Part shown: piece by piece, positions 22,080 to 36,100 of the stretch | Layout of the letters: each line of letters opens with the position of its first letter | How positions within the stretch are numbered: position 1 is the first letter of the stretch | NCBI GenBank assembly: GCA_010909165.1 | Contig: MU008161.1 | Location: 868,001 to 932,000, forward strand | Source of the DNA: Anthoceros angustus | Taxonomy: Eukaryota; Plantae; Anthocerotophyta | Length of the DNA: 64,000 bases | Direction: 5' to 3' | Program-made: the position numbers and the translations under genes | The notes under the pieces: model-generated | Told to the model about the DNA's origin: nothing | Databases searched by the model: none | Seen by the model: the letters and a program-made list of their open reading frames with translations, nothing else

Positions 22080-25025
22080 ATGGCAAGCTCCGACTACGCC
22101 GAGTAACGGATAAGTCCAACCCACCCAGTGTCAAAATAGGATAAGTACGCCAGGAAAGTAACCTAGGAGCGAGGCGTGAGGATGACGAGGCGCGCGGACG
22201 GCCCCGAGTGGAGGTCGGGCATGTGAGGCTGTGATCAGAACCTGCGAGGCGCAGGCAGTATTCACGCCCGCGGCGTGGCGTAAGGCCGTAAGCGGGGCGA
22301 GTCGAGTAAGCCATGCACTCGCGCACGGACAACGAAGAGGCGCCCGCCCAGCTTACTTCCACAAGCCAAGGAGGGAGGTGGCTCGCCGCAGCCTCCCTCA
22401 CATCCCCTTGCGCCCGCAATCCCCGCTCGCTTTTTGGGCGCCTGGCCACAGAGCGTGGCGCACCGTCAAGGTTGGAGCAGAACGCGGGGAGGAACATCGT
22501 ACGGACTCGCCAGCCTACAAAGAACAAGAGGAGGAGAAAGCAATGGCACCCAAAAGCCGAGTCTGGGAGCCATGGACCTCGTGAGCGCGCAACATTGTGA
22601 CCCGCGCTATCCGGACTTGGGCCCCGCCGGAGGAAGTGGGAATTGGTGCAGGGAGTGGCATCCGGACGTGTTCCAAATGGTCTGACCTTTGACAACGCTA
22701 CCTAGTCCGGAGTTTAAGGCGGCGATCAACAAGGAGGTCCGATCCAAGAACCTCCGGAGGACTCGAGGCGATGGACCTTGAGGTCCCGAGGATGGCCTAC
22801 AACCGCCCAAGGAGGAAGAAGGGGCGCAGAGCCCCTTAAGGCGGGGAAGATAGGCCACCGCGTGGCGAGGCTCGAACGCAGCGACAACCAACGGATGGTT
22901 GATATCCGATCCGCCGGATACGAGTAAGGGCGGTAGCGGATCATTGTCCATTGAACTCGCCACCAAGGTGGATCACCTTGGTGATAACCCGCTGGTATTC
23001 TCGCATGCGCCCTGGGAAGAGAGCGACTGGGAAGGATTATCTTCGCCCGGTGCCTGTGAGGCACGCAAGCTAAGGAGCGAGAAGCCTCGCCATCGGCCGA
23101 CCCCATACCCGATTCATGTATGGGGACATTTCGAGCTCAAGGAGGGAGAGCTTGAGCGGCGCCGGAGGCCGGAGGCCCGCTGTAGAGCGTGGCGCCGAGG
23201 TGGGGGCCCTCAAGACCAAGCGACTGGAGGAGGACGATCGAGGATTCCGACTCACGCCCTGAGCGAACCCCTCACCACCTGTGGAAGTTTGGGAGGCGAT
23301 TCTTCCTCCTTTTGGTGCCCTCCGAGCAAGACAGAGGGAGCGATGCCGGAGGGCGCTGGCTCCCAGACCGGCTGACAGCCAACAACCACGACGCCGAGCC
23401 CCCGAAACGGGAGCCAAGAGGCGAAGACGGTTACCAACGCAAAGACCTCGAAGGTGCCGGACTTACCCCCGCCTACCTGAGTGGCAAGAGGTCAAGAGGC
23501 TAAGGAGGCAGGGGACGTGGCCCAAGGAGCAGGAGGTCACCGCGCAGCCACCTCGAGCCTGCCCCCGGCTGTGAAGGGGCAAAGCTTGCTCCCGACCCCT
23601 CACCTCCTCAGCCCAGGAGAAAGAGGGCACAAAGGAGTTAGAGGCCAAGAGGGCCAAGAGGGTGAGACTCGACTCACCACCGACCCGAGGGTCCCGATTA
23701 GGTCCGAGAACCCCCCGACTTACCCGGAGCGGGTATGGAGGTCCTGGCGGATCGAGAAATGCCGGCCCCACTACGGACTTTGTGGGGCCTCACTCATGGC
23801 CGTGGAAGAAACACGGCAGTCCTGCTACATGGACGGAATGCTTTGGGGTCTCGTGGTACAATGAGAAGACCTGTGAAGTGGAGGCCACCCGAGGAGGATG
23901 GTGGAACCCAAGAGCAAGTGAAGGCCGAGGGGCAAAGGAAAGGCGGAGTCCCTCGCCGGATCGAGGAAGGGAAACGCCGGGTGGCGGAGCGCGAGGCCCG
24001 GTTCAGCAGACTGGTTAAGGTTCTTCACCGGCGAATACCAAGCAAGCTCAGAGGCCCAAGCGGCGGAGGACCTGCAGGCGGAGGACGCGGGAGGCGGAAG
24101 AGGCCCGGCACAAGCAGAGAGCTCGACTCGGAGGCGGCCCGGCCAGCAAGGGCGAGGCCTGTAAAGGCGGCGAAGGAGCCAAGCCGGGCAAGAGCGACCG
24201 GATCACTATGCACGTGATCGAACCGTGGAGAGAGTCAGTGACCGAGGCTAACTCAAGGCCGTGACAAAGTGCTATGGAGCAGTAAGGCCAAGAGGGAGAT
24301 AGAGGATCTCCGAGTACCGCAGGAAGTAGAGGAGAAGCAGATGGAGGATGAAGGACACTGAGCTACAACCCAAGATGCGCGGAGCGCAGTGATTCTCAAC
24401 GAGAGAATCCACGACTGAGCACGAAAAGAGTGCCCGGCTCCGTCTCAAGACGGAGGAAAATCGCGACTATCCAAGGAGTTGGACGCTGCTGCCATGTATG
24501 AGCCGGAGGAAGTCCGAGCCTGGACGGAGGTATCCGACTGGAGAGGGAGTCATGAGCTAAAGGCCGTAATGAACGGAGCGCGAGCACGGAAGTAAAAGAA
24601 GCCTGGTCCACCGAGAAAGGCGGAAGGGCCCATGGCGGGTAAGTCAATGGAAAGGAAACGACGGAGCCGAGCAGGGAGCAACTGGCAATGCAGGAGGTGA
24701 CCGAGGCCCTTGTAGCCTCGCGATATGCCCACACAACCGCGTGAGAGGTGGCCCAACAAGCCGGCAAAGACCCCTCCCGAACACTTATGGCGGAGGGAGT
24801 ATCGCTCCGCACACGTGGAAGAGGCAATTCAACAAGTCGATCTGACTTTGCCTATTACCACGCCGAGCTCCGGCGAAGCCTCGACGGCCGAAACGGACGG
24901 ACCGGAAGGCTCAAGGAGATGAAGGCCACGGGACAAAGACAGGACCCTAGTGGCCCCTGCTTGAGATGAGGAGCGGAGAGGAGCAACCGGAGGAGGAACG
25001 AGGGAGCGCGATGCGATCGAGGGCA
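22080..25025 (+). CDS. Putative LTR-encoded protein (~1000 codons if the frameshifts are errors), unknown function; also in LTR1 (ATG 7853) and LTR3 (ATG 33157)
   Basis: Coding-like, GC3-rich segments recur across the LTR copies: GIGAEWHPDVFQMV, INKEVRSKNLRRTEAMDLEVPRMAYN, SIELATKVDHLGDN, IHVWGHFELKEGELE, GAKRRK, EGTKELEAKRAKRVRL, IEKCRPHYGLCG, AHVEEAIQQVDSDFAYYHAEL. No copy shows a continuous frame. Confidence 0.55.
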
Positions 25026-25130
25026 CCCCGCACCTCACCATGGAAGGAGGGCCAACGGGCGAGTCACTCGAACAGCTGAGGACTTCGAGGAGAGCCACGA
25101 GGAGTCCGTGAGGGAGGAAACCCGGTGGCG

Positions 25131-25280
25131 TGAGTCCGACTTTGTCCGACCCTGAGGAGGCCGGACCTCAAGTCCGACTCAGAAGTCCGACCAAGTCCGG
25201 ACTCAAATAAGTCCGACTGTCAAGACAAGTCCGGAAGTCCTCCGACCGACCGAGGTCCGGACCCCGAGACAAGGTCGACC
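25131..25280. repeat. AAGTCCG(G)AC tandem array in middle LTR
   Basis: Same position relative to the LTR as 15247-15425; more degenerate. Confidence 0.8.
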
Positions 25281-26359
25281 CAGCCGGACCGAAGGACTCA
25301 AGTTCGTGAGTCGAGACAGACCTCGAGGACCGGCCGCAAGAAGAAGGAGGAGCCCCTTCGACTTACGCTTAGGGGAGCCGAGTGGTGGCCCCACCGCCAA
25401 GGACCTGTGGAGGCTGGAGGATGACGCCGTGGTAACGGTTGTCGATCCGCCAGAGCCCAACCCGGCTGTGATTCCGGGAGAGGAGGGCCCGCCTCACGGA
25501 TCATCCGATTGGGTGCACCACAACCGCTGACGGGGATTGACCACCCATTCCGAGGGCTCAGACCTTCCCACACAATGGGCGAAGGAGATAGGGGGATAGG
25601 GGTAGGCGGCCGATTAGGTATACCGAAATATCACGCAATAGGGGTGTAATAAAGACGCCACCTTGGGCGCAGATAAGAGGGCCGAGGCCGCCTAGTAAAG
25701 CATCTTTCTCTTGGTGTTGATGCTGCCTGCGCACCTTTGTGAGTCTTCTTGCTAACGTGAGTCTGAGTCAGCGAGCACGACTCGGGAGATTGATCAAGGT
25801 CCCGTGACGACTTAACGCTGTGGTGTGTGCGTGGAAGGGTGATCGGTGATCCGTGTTTCGTCGAGCCGCGTCCGACACCGAACTGATCGAACGTGAGCCG
25901 AGGAACTGAGGGTGGGTGTAGAGCCCGGACGGAGAGGCCCGCGAACGACGAGGAGGTCCGGATCACAGAACCGCGCCTTTTCTAAGACCAAGAGTGTAGC
26001 GTGAGGAGAGAGGAAAGGACCGATGCGTGAGGATGTATGAACGATACGGACGCGAACGGGTCCTTAAACGCTTGGCCATACCGGCCTCAGACGAACGCTG
26101 TGAGTAGTTAGGAGTATGTGTTGAGACGAACGAGCGCTAAGGACGGTAAGAATCACCAACGCGTAAACGGGCCTATCATTCCCTTGGGAACGGACTTCTT
26201 CCTACAACGACACGGATTGTGCGCCCGGCCATCAAGAAAGTCCCGCCACATTTTTGGCGCTACGGGAATGAAATCGGTCCTGGTGCCGCAGTGCGCCCTT
26301 AGGAAGAGAAGGTAATGCGGTCGAGCGACGGGCCTCAAGAGTGAACCCGAGGATCGGAC

Positions 26360-29300
26360 GTGGTCACTCGCGTGCCCGAGCCGTGTGAGAGGGAGAGACG
26401 CCAAACCCAACGAGAGAGCACCGCCGATCGAGGAGGGAGAACGTGGTCGAATTGTCGACCAAGACGAGTACGGGTACGAGGGACGCCAACGGAAGAAGGT
26501 AGGATGCCCCACGCCTAACCCATCGATGGCGCAGCCATGGCCCCTACCGACCAAACAAGCGTACTCCATATTCGAGGGAAGAAGGAGCGGATGCGAGACC
26601 TTTGTGGAGGACTTCGTGTCCAAAGCCAACTTCAACGGAGAGGAGTCGACGCTCATCCAGTTTTCCAAGGGGTTCTCCGAGGAACCGCTCAATGGTATCG
26701 GAGAAAGTACCGACCACGAGAATGCCCCACCCGCCTCGCTTGAAGCTTTGAAAATGCCTTCTTAGAACGGTTTCGAGGATCGACCAGTGAGGGGTATGTA
26801 TTATCAAAGTTGGAAAATCAAGCGAGGGAAGAAGGAGAAGCCGGGCTCAGACATCGAGCGGTTCTATGCCCGAGGATCGGCATCCAACCCATACCACGAT
26901 GCAAGCGGTACGGTTCGCGGCCTAGCCAAACCCATGGCTGTGCACGCCCCGCCGCCGAGAAGGACGTGGGCAAGGCGGCCGAGAGCGGCCGAAAACTACG
27001 AGGAATCGCTACATCGAGGATAAAGAAATCCTCAAGGAGGCAAGAAGAAGAAGAAGAAACGGGGGACTCGAGGAGGAAGAGTCTCGAGGAGGAGGAAGAC
27101 CAATCGGAGGTGTCTTCTGAGGAGGAGCGTCCAAGAAGAGAGAGGTCTCTAGCGAGGAAGAGTATCCCGCAAGAAGAAGAGCAAGAAAGCCCGCTAAAAG
27201 AAGGTGGTAAGAAGGAGGTGGTGACACCAAAGATCGGTCCGAGAAGCTCCACGACCCGACTCAAGGAGGTAGCAGTGTCGCGGAGGACCGGAAAAGTGAT
27301 AAAGAGAGTAGAGGACCCGCGATAAACTGTGTTAAGGACCGAGAGCGCGGAAAACACCGACCACGGCGAACGCATCTCGTGTGCCGTGTGCCAAGAACAC
27401 CATTCGAAGTCCAACCGCCTCAAGGCCGGCATCAAGTGGACTACGACGAGGAGGAGGCCGAGGAGCAATGGGAAGAGGCCTATCGCATGTGAAGCCCTCC
27501 GGGCCGCGATATCCCAAAACCATGTATCCGCCAACCGGAGGTCCAATACAACGGGCCCCACCGATGCAAAGACCGCATGGGAGCCCTTCGTATCCTCCGA
27601 CGGCCGTGGTCCGTTGGAACCGCGGAATCTCGCCATTACTCCAACGCGTGTCCGCACTCCAACGAGGGGGTAATGGGGACTTCGAGCAGTGGCGATCGCA
27701 AGGTGCCGCATATGACAGCAAGACGCTATGTCCCAACCTCAAGCGACGATATGCCACACCAAGCGGAGAACCCGACCACCAACGCCACCTCCTAAGACCG
27801 TGACGCAAGTCAAGATGCTCTGGCGGAGGAAGAGATTCCTGAGGTACGCGAGATGGAAAAGAACAAGAAGGTTGGGGTGAAGAAGGCGAGAAATCTTGAG
27901 GTGTCTACTGTAGTCAAGGAAGGAGCGACGAGAAAGGCGCCATTGAAGAAGAACAAGATCGGAGGAAGGCCACGACGCCGAGGAAGGCAATCAAACCAAA
28001 TACCAGCAGAGGATCCGACCGATGAAGGAGGGCTGACGGCAGCTCACGGAGGGATTACCCAAGGAAGTTCTCCAAGACAGGAGAAGGGAACGGCCTCCCG
28101 CGACGGCGACGTTAGCTTCACCGGAAGTCCGGAGGTGACCGAGATGTTGCAGGAGGAAATGCGCAAGCATCCGGAGAATACCGTAACAAAGTGACCGGGA
28201 GAGGATGAGGACGCAGCAGCAGGATCCTCGATTGGGGTAGAAGCCTCCCCTTTAATGTGGCGACCGATGATGAATCGCAGCACTTGTGTCCTTTCGACAT
28301 ACCGAGGATAACCACCGCAAGAGGTCCGTCGGGCCGTTAGGAAACCCAGCCTCGGAGCACCAAAGCCGTGAAGGGTAGCATGGAAGTGAGGGTGGTGTCC
28401 CATACGGACCTGGGGCCAGGGTACAAGTGGAGATTGGATGTATCATCAAGGATGTACTGCTGGACACGGGTCCGAGTCAACCTCATCACCAAGCCACACG
28501 AAAATTGGGCTTCACATCCTTCAACCTCAACGAAGACTCGAGAATGGCGTATATGTCAAGAAGAGATCCGCGGGAGTTAACCGAGTCTTGGCCACCATAG
28601 CGTGCACCCTACAAACCGGATTTTGTTGTGATCAAACCGGACCATTAGGGTATGAGGTGTTCTTTGGGCGGCCATGGTTGGCCTGCAAAGCTACACTTTG
28701 GAAGGAAGGAGATTCACTTCAAGCCGGACTGGGACCCTAAGGTGCGAGAAGGAGGTTGCTATCACCGGAGCAAGGACACCTATTGTGGGGAAACCGTGAG
28801 CACTACCGGGTATACCTCGGAGGACCACCGGCGATTTAACAAGATAGTTCCGAGGAGGCGACTTTCGCCAAGATCCGCCGGGTCCGAGGAGGAGATGGAC
28901 TATCATGGATGCCTTTGGCGGAAGTGATTGATTGTTTTCGAGTAAACGCCACAACGGGCCGGAGGAAGGAAGTGAAGAGGAGGTCGGACCACAAGGGGAG
29001 ACAACAAGAGTCGGACCAAGGAAAAGCGGACATCGAGTAACACGATTCACCTCCGACGAGCTCTTCGAGAATGGGGATGCGAGAGGACGATCCCGAGAGG
29101 AGGACGAGGGGTTTGGACGGAGGCAAGACGGAACGGAGACGGTGAACCCGGACGACGTGGAAGAAGTGGAGGTCCGCCAAAATTCTCAAGTTTAAGAAAG
29201 GCATGCCTCCGGACCAAGGAAGGACTAAAGCACCGGGGGGAGTTTTAGGTGTTCGCCAAGGTCACGGACATGAAGGGCATTCAAGAAGTGGGAGAGCATA

Positions 29301-31737
29301 AGATCGATTTGAAGCCGAGCGTGCCAACCAATCCGACAATACAAGCTCAACCCCAAGTATTCGATCAAGGTGAAGGAGGTCCTTGATAAGTACCGGAGGC
29401 AGACATCATTTTCCCCATCAACAGCGAGTGGGTCGCGCCGATTGTGGTGGTTCCCAAGAAACAACAGACAAATTGCATGCCAAGATTGAGGAAGCTCAAT
29501 CAAGAAGGAGAAGGACCACTTCCGATGCCATTCGTGACGACATTTTGGACAAGGTGGACGGACTACTTACTCCTTCCTCGGATGGCTACTCCGGATATAA
29601 CCAATTGCACCTAAGGGAGTTTGACCGACAAGACGACCTTCACTACGGAGTGGGGTACGCTTGCCTACAAGAGAAGTGCCTTTGGGATGACCGAGCGCCA
29701 GGTCGTTCATGCGTATGGTGACCAACGCCTTCCGTGACTTCGAGGGACTTCATGGAGATATTCCCGGATGATTTTGTGTGCATGGGGAGCAGGACAAACA
29801 CCTTGGGCATCTAAGAAGGTGCTTGAGCGCGGAGACTCAATTGAGCCTACACCCGAGAAATGCTACTTTGGAATGACGGAGGGAATCTTGTCGACATCGG
29901 TGTGCTGGAATCGAGGTGGACCAGACAAGGTCCGGTCATCCGCCTCCAGACGAACCTAAAGGAGCCGAGAGGTTTCACAGGAATGGTGGGATACTACCGG
30001 TTTATTAAGGACTTTGCGAAGAGGGCTAAGTTGATGTAATCCCGGAAGGAGGAGGTTTGGACCGTCAGGAGCGAGAGGAGGCCTTTTACAGTAACACCTT
30101 GGTAAGCGCACGGCCTAAGAGGACCGGATCGAGGAAATTTCATGTGTATGTAGATGTGTCCGCTACATGGAGCGAGCCGTAAGGACGACAAGCGGATTAT
30201 CCCGTATACTACGCCGGACGATACCACCACGAACGAAAATACACAACTACAGAGCGAAGCAGGTATGGTATATGCCGCCAAGAAATTCGACACTACTACC
30301 CAAAGGAGTTTGTGTTCTATGTAGACCACTTTGCCATCCGGTGAATAAGACGGACTGTCCGGACGGATAGCAAGGTGGATATTGTTGCCGCAGGAGTTCA
30401 CGTTCAAGTGGAAACAAGACAAGGGAGGGCACCAAAATGCGATTTCGTCACGATTGAAAACAGGCGGTGTTGAGAGATCGTGAAGAAGATGCGCTCCTGA
30501 TGAGACATTGGTTGCCGCAGAAAGTACAACCGAGGAGCAACCCCAAGCTACGAGAACCGGCAGCTTAGTGGAGAAGGGAGGGTCTCCGTCCGACCCACGA
30601 AGAAATAGAGCGGTCCTGGGAATGGAGCTTCCAAAATCACTGGATGAGGGAGGCATTCGTGCACTATGCTCGACCCTTCGTAATGTACAACGGTGTGTGT
30701 TCAAATTAGGGCGGACGGAGTAGAACGAAGGTACTTACAACCCAGAGATGAGCCGCCAAGGGAATGCACGAAGGATTGGGGTGACACTACGCAAAGACAG
30801 TCACCAAAAGATTTTGAAGCGGATACCGGTGGCCAACAATGTATGGGGACACCCACCGCTTAGAAGAAGTGTGATGCTTGTCGGATCGGAAAGCCAACCC
30901 CGACACAAAGGCCGCTAGTACCGATATTGGCACCGCACCTTTCAAAAGTGGGGTATTGACTTTGTTGGACCTATACCACGACAAGACACACACAAAGGAG
31001 ATACATCCCGTGGCAACGGATCATCGCACTGTGGGTAGAGGCGGTGGCGACAAGAACGGACTCGCAAATACCGTGGCCAAATTCTGTCTGAGAACATCAT
31101 AACCCGACGGATGTCCGCCGCTTGGTAAGTGATAGGGGAACCCATTTCCTTAATGATGTGGTGGCCGCCATGACGGAGTATTTCGCATCAATCATCGCAA
31201 GACGGCACCCTACAATCCTAAGGCCAATGGGTCGACAGAAGACAAATGGGCTCATCCGCAGGATCAATAAACTCACGGAACTACGCCCATGATCGATACT
31301 AAGCCGCCATCCGCACTGTATGCCCGACAGCAGAGAAGGTGACCACACAACGGACCCTTACTTGACCTACGGACACTCTCCCGTAATGCCAGAGTTTGAA
31401 GTGCCCACTTTTCGAGTAATGATGGAAGGGAGATGAAGAGGAAAGCCACCGAGCGACTCTTGGGGTTTGAAAGACAGAGGACAGGAAGAAGCTCACAAGA
31501 TGCAACAGCAAAACCAAATAAAGATTTGGCACGATCGCCGATCGGAATCGTGAGTATGTAAAGGAAGGGACCGCCCTCCTTTATGATAGTCACACATGCA
31601 TTTTCCGTGCAAACTTCACCGAGATGGATGGGTCCGTACTCAAGTGGTGCAAGTATATGACAACGGGTCCGTCCACGGCGACTAGATGGAGAGCTGCCCA
31701 CTGAAACGGGTGGCGGGTGAAGAAGTATCATGCTTAG
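26360..31737 (+). pseudogene. gag-pol of Gypsy copy 2 (frameshifted in this assembly)
   Basis: Colinear with 16494-21892: CAVCQEH knuckle (~27380), LDTG, RT, RNase H and integrase ending RVKKYHA* (TAG 31735-31737). Confidence 0.9.
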
Positions 31738-31914
31738 TGTTGGCGAGACGCCAATGATGAGAAGGGAGTATGTGGGCTATGCACTCGGGAGTTAGAAATA
31801 AGTAGGGTTTCGCTTTTTAGGATTGAAGGATAAATAAGGCGGAAAAGGAGGAATAAATTGGGGTAGCGCCGGACGAGGCTCGAGTATACTCCGACTGGAG
31901 TGAACAACGGACCC

Positions 31915-33155
31915 TGCACTATGCTCGACCCTTCGTAATGTACAACGGTGTGTTCAAATTAGGGCCTGACGAGTAGAACGAAGGTACTTGCAACCGGCAG
32001 AGATGGAGCTAGCTGGAATGCACGAAGGATTGGGGTGGACACTACGCAAAGACAGTCACCACCAAAAGATTTTGAAGCGGATACGTGGCCAACAATGTAT
32101 GGGGACACCCACCGCTTAGAAGAAGTGTGATGCTTGTCACGGATCGGAAGCCAACCCGACGACACGGTGGCCGCTAGTACCGATATTGGCACCGCACCTT
32201 CGAAAAGTGGGGTATTGACTTTGTTGGACCTATACACCCTACGACAAGACACACAAAGGAGATACATCCCGTGGCAACGACCATCGCACTGTGGGTAGAT
32301 GACAAGAACGGACTCGCAAATACCGTGGCCAAATTCTGACGAGAACATCATAACCCGACGGATGTCCGCATTGGTAAGTGATAGGGGAACCCATTTCCTT
32401 AATGATGTGGTGGCCGCCATGACGGAGTATTTCGCATCAATCATCGCAAGACGGCACCCTACAATCCTAAGGCCAATGGGCCGACAGAGAAGACAAATGG
32501 GCTCATCCGCAGGATCTCAATAAACTCACATGAACTACGCCCATGATCGATACTAAGCCGCCATCCGACTGCGCCGGACAGAAGGTGACCACACAACGGA
32601 CCCTTACTTGACCTACGGACACTCTCCCGTAATGCCAGAGTTTGAAGTGCCCACTTTTCGAGTAATGATGGAAGGGAGACGACAAGAGGAAAGCCACCGA
32701 GCGACTCTTGGGGTTTCAGACATGAGGAGGGAAGAAGCTCACAAGATGCAATGCAAAACCAATAAAGATTTGGCACGATCGCCGATGAATCGGAGTATGT
32801 AAAGGAAGGGACCGCCCCTTTATGATAGTCGTCATGCATTTTCCGTGCAAACTTCACCGAGATGGATGGGTCCGTACTCAAGTGGTGCAAGTATATGACA
32901 ACGGGTCCGGCCTACGACTAGATGGAGAGCTGTTGCCCACTGAAACGGGTGGCGGGTGAAGAAGTATGCTTAGTGTTGGCGAGACGCCAATGATGAGAGA
33001 AGGGAGTATGTGGGCTATGCACTTCCACGGGAGTTAAGAAATAAGTAGGGTTTCGCTTTTTAGGATTGAAGGATAAATAAGGCGAAAAGGAGGAATAAAT
33101 TGGGGTAGCGGACGAGGCTCGGAGTATACTCCGACTGGAGTGAACAACGGACCAC
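31915..33155 (+). repeat. ~1.25-kb tandem duplication of integrase 3' region + PPT + first ~150 bp of LTR
   Basis: The LTR start at 31771 runs to ...CCCTGCACT and resumes at ATGCTCGACCC (equivalent to ~30665) through GCACTA microhomology. Confidence 0.8.
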
Positions 33156-36100
33156 TATGGCAAGCTCCGACTACGCCGAGTAACGGATAAGTCCGAACCC
33201 ACCTGTGTCAAAATAGGATAAGTACGCCAGGAAAGTAACCTAGGAGCGAGGCGTGAGGATGACGAGGCGGCCACGTGGACGGCCCCGAGTGGAGGTCGGG
33301 CATGCGAGGTCAGACCGAAGCTGCAGGCCAGGCAGTATTCACGCCCGCGGGCGCGAAGGCCGCAAGTAAGCGAGGGTCGAGTAAGCCATGCACTCGCCAC
33401 GGACAACGAAGAGGCGCCTTCCGCCAGCATTCCACAAGCGCCAAGGAGGGAGGCTGCTCACGCAGCCTCCGCAATCCTCAGCCTTGCGCCCGCAATCCGG
33501 CTCGGGCGCCGCCTTAGAGCGTGGCGCACCGTCAAGGTTGGAGCAACAACGCAAGGAGGAACATCGTGCCGACCGCCGCCAGCCACAAAGAACAAGAGGA
33601 GGAGAAAGCAATGGCACCCAAAAGCCGACGGAAGTCTGGGAGCCATGGACCTCGTGGAGCGCAACATTGTGACCCGCTATCCGGACGGCCCGGCCGGAGG
33701 AAGCAGGGAATTGGTGCAGAGTGGCATCCGGACGTGTTCCAAATGGTCCGGACTTCGGGCCCCGGAGGAAGCAGGGGAATTGGTGCAGAGTGGCATCCGG
33801 ACGTGTTCCAAATGGTCGGACCTTTGACAACGCTACCTAGTCCGGAGTTTGCCCGAAGATGTCAAGGCGGCGATCAACAAGGAGGTCCGATCCAAGAACC
33901 TCCGGAGGACCGAGGCGATGGACCTTGAGGTCCCGAGGATGGCCTACAACCCGGAGGAAGAAGGGGCGTGCCGAGCCCCTTAAGGCGAAGGGAAGATAGG
34001 GCCGCCCAGCAACGAGGCTCGAACGCAGCGACAACCAACGGATGGTTGATATCCGATCCGCCGGATCGAGTAAGGGCGGTAGCCCGGATCATTGTCCATT
34101 GAACTCGCCACCAAGGTGGATCACCTTGGTGATAACCTGCTGGTATTCTCGCATGCGCCCAATGGGAAGAGAGCGACCGGGGAAGGATTATCTTCGCCCG
34201 TTCGGCCAGAGGCACGCAAGCTAAGGAGCGAGAAGCCTCGCCATCGGACCCCATACCGATTCATGTATGGGGACATTTCGAGCCCCAAGGAGGGAGAGCT
34301 TGAGGGCGCCCCAGGAGGCCGGAGGCGTGAGGATGACGAGGCGGCGCCACGTGGACGGCCCCGAGTGGAGGTCGGGCATGCGAGGTCAGACCGAACTTGC
34401 CGAGGCCGTTATAGCGGTATTCACGCCCGGCGGCGCGGCGAAGGCCAGTAAGCGGAAGCGTAGGGTCGAGTAAGCCATGCACTCGCGCTACGGACAACGA
34501 AGAGGCGCCTTCCGCCAGAAGCATTTTCCACAAGCGCCAAGGAGGGAGGTTTCGCCGCAGCCCACAATCCTCATAGCCTTGCGCCCGCAATCCGGCTCGG
34601 CGCTTTTGGGCGCATTTAGAGCGTGGCGCTGCTGGAGCAACAACGCGCGGCGGAGGAACATCGTGCCACGGACTCGCCAGCCAAAGAACAAGAGGAGGAG
34701 AAAGCAATGGCACCCAAAAGCCGACGGAGTCTGGGAGCCATGGACCGTGGAGCGCAACATTGTGACCCGCTATCCGGACTTCGGGCCCCGGAGGAAGCAG
34801 GGGAATTGGTGCAGAGTGGCATCCGGACGTGTTCCAAATGGTCGGACCTTTGACAACGCTACCTAGTCCGGAGTTTGCCCGAAGATGCCGGGCGGCGATC
34901 AACAAGGAGGTCCGATCCAAGAACCTCCGGAGGACCGAGGCGATGGACCTTGAGGTCCCGAGGATGGCCTACAACCCGGAGGAAGAAGGGGCGTGCCGAG
35001 CCCCTTAAGGCGAAGGGAAGATAGGGCCGCCCAGCAACGAGGCTCGAACGCAGCGACAACCAACGGATGGTTGATATCCGATCCGCCGGATCGAGTAAGG
35101 GCGGTAGCCCGGATCATTGTCCATTGAACTCGCCACCAAGGTGGATCACCTTGGTGATAACCTGCTGGTATTCTCGCATGCGCCCAATGGGAAGAGAGCG
35201 ACCGGGGAAGGATTATCTTCGCCCGTTCGGCCAGAGGCACGCAAGCTAAGGAGCGAGAAGCCTCGCCATCGGACCCCATACCGATTCATGTATGGGGACA
35301 TTTCGAGCCCCAAGGAGGGAGAGCTTGAGCGGCGCCAAGGAGGCGGAGGCCCCGTAAGTAGAGCGTGCAAGGGCGCCGAGGTGGGGGTCGCCCTTCAAGA
35401 CCAAGCGACTGGGAGGAGGACGACCGAGGATTCCGACTCCATACGTCTGAGCGAACCCCTCACCACCTGTGGAAGTTTGGGAGGCGATTCTTCCTCCTTT
35501 TGGTGCCCTCCGAGCACCAAGATGTGAGGGAGCCGATGGAGGGCGCTGGCCCCGCCGGCTGCAACAAACAACCACGACGGCCGAGCCCCGACGAACCCGG
35601 AGCCAAGAGGCGGAAGACGGTGCCGCTTACCAACGCCTCGGGTGCCGGTATTTACCCCCCGCCACCTGAGTGGCAAGAGGTCAAGAGGCGTAAGGAGGGC
35701 GAAGGGACGTGGCCCAAGGAGTGGAGGTCACCGGGCAGCCCCACCTCGAGCCGGCCCTGCCCCGGCTGTGAAGGGGCAAAAGAGCTTGCTCCCGACCCCT
35801 CACCTCCTCCGAGCCCTGTGAGAAAGAGGGCACAAAGGAGTTAGAGGCCAAGAGGGCCAAGAGGGTGAGACTCGACCACCACTGTGACCCGAGGGTCCCG
35901 ATTAGGTCCGAGAACCCACCGACTTACTGATCAAGGTATGGAGGTCCTGGCGATCGAGAAATGCCGGCCCCACTACGGACTTTGTGGGGGCCTCACGCGG
36001 CCGTGGAAGAAACACGGCGAAGTCTGCTACCGCCATGGACGGAATGCTTTGGGGTCTCGTGGTACATGGAGAAGACCTGTGAAGTGGAGGCCACCCGAGG

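Larger units (their letters stand above)
21928..26250 (+). repeat. Middle LTR, 4323 bp, the only copy without large internal duplication
   Basis: Bounded by the PPT on the left and by TCCCGCCACA plus PBS on the right. Confidence 0.85.
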
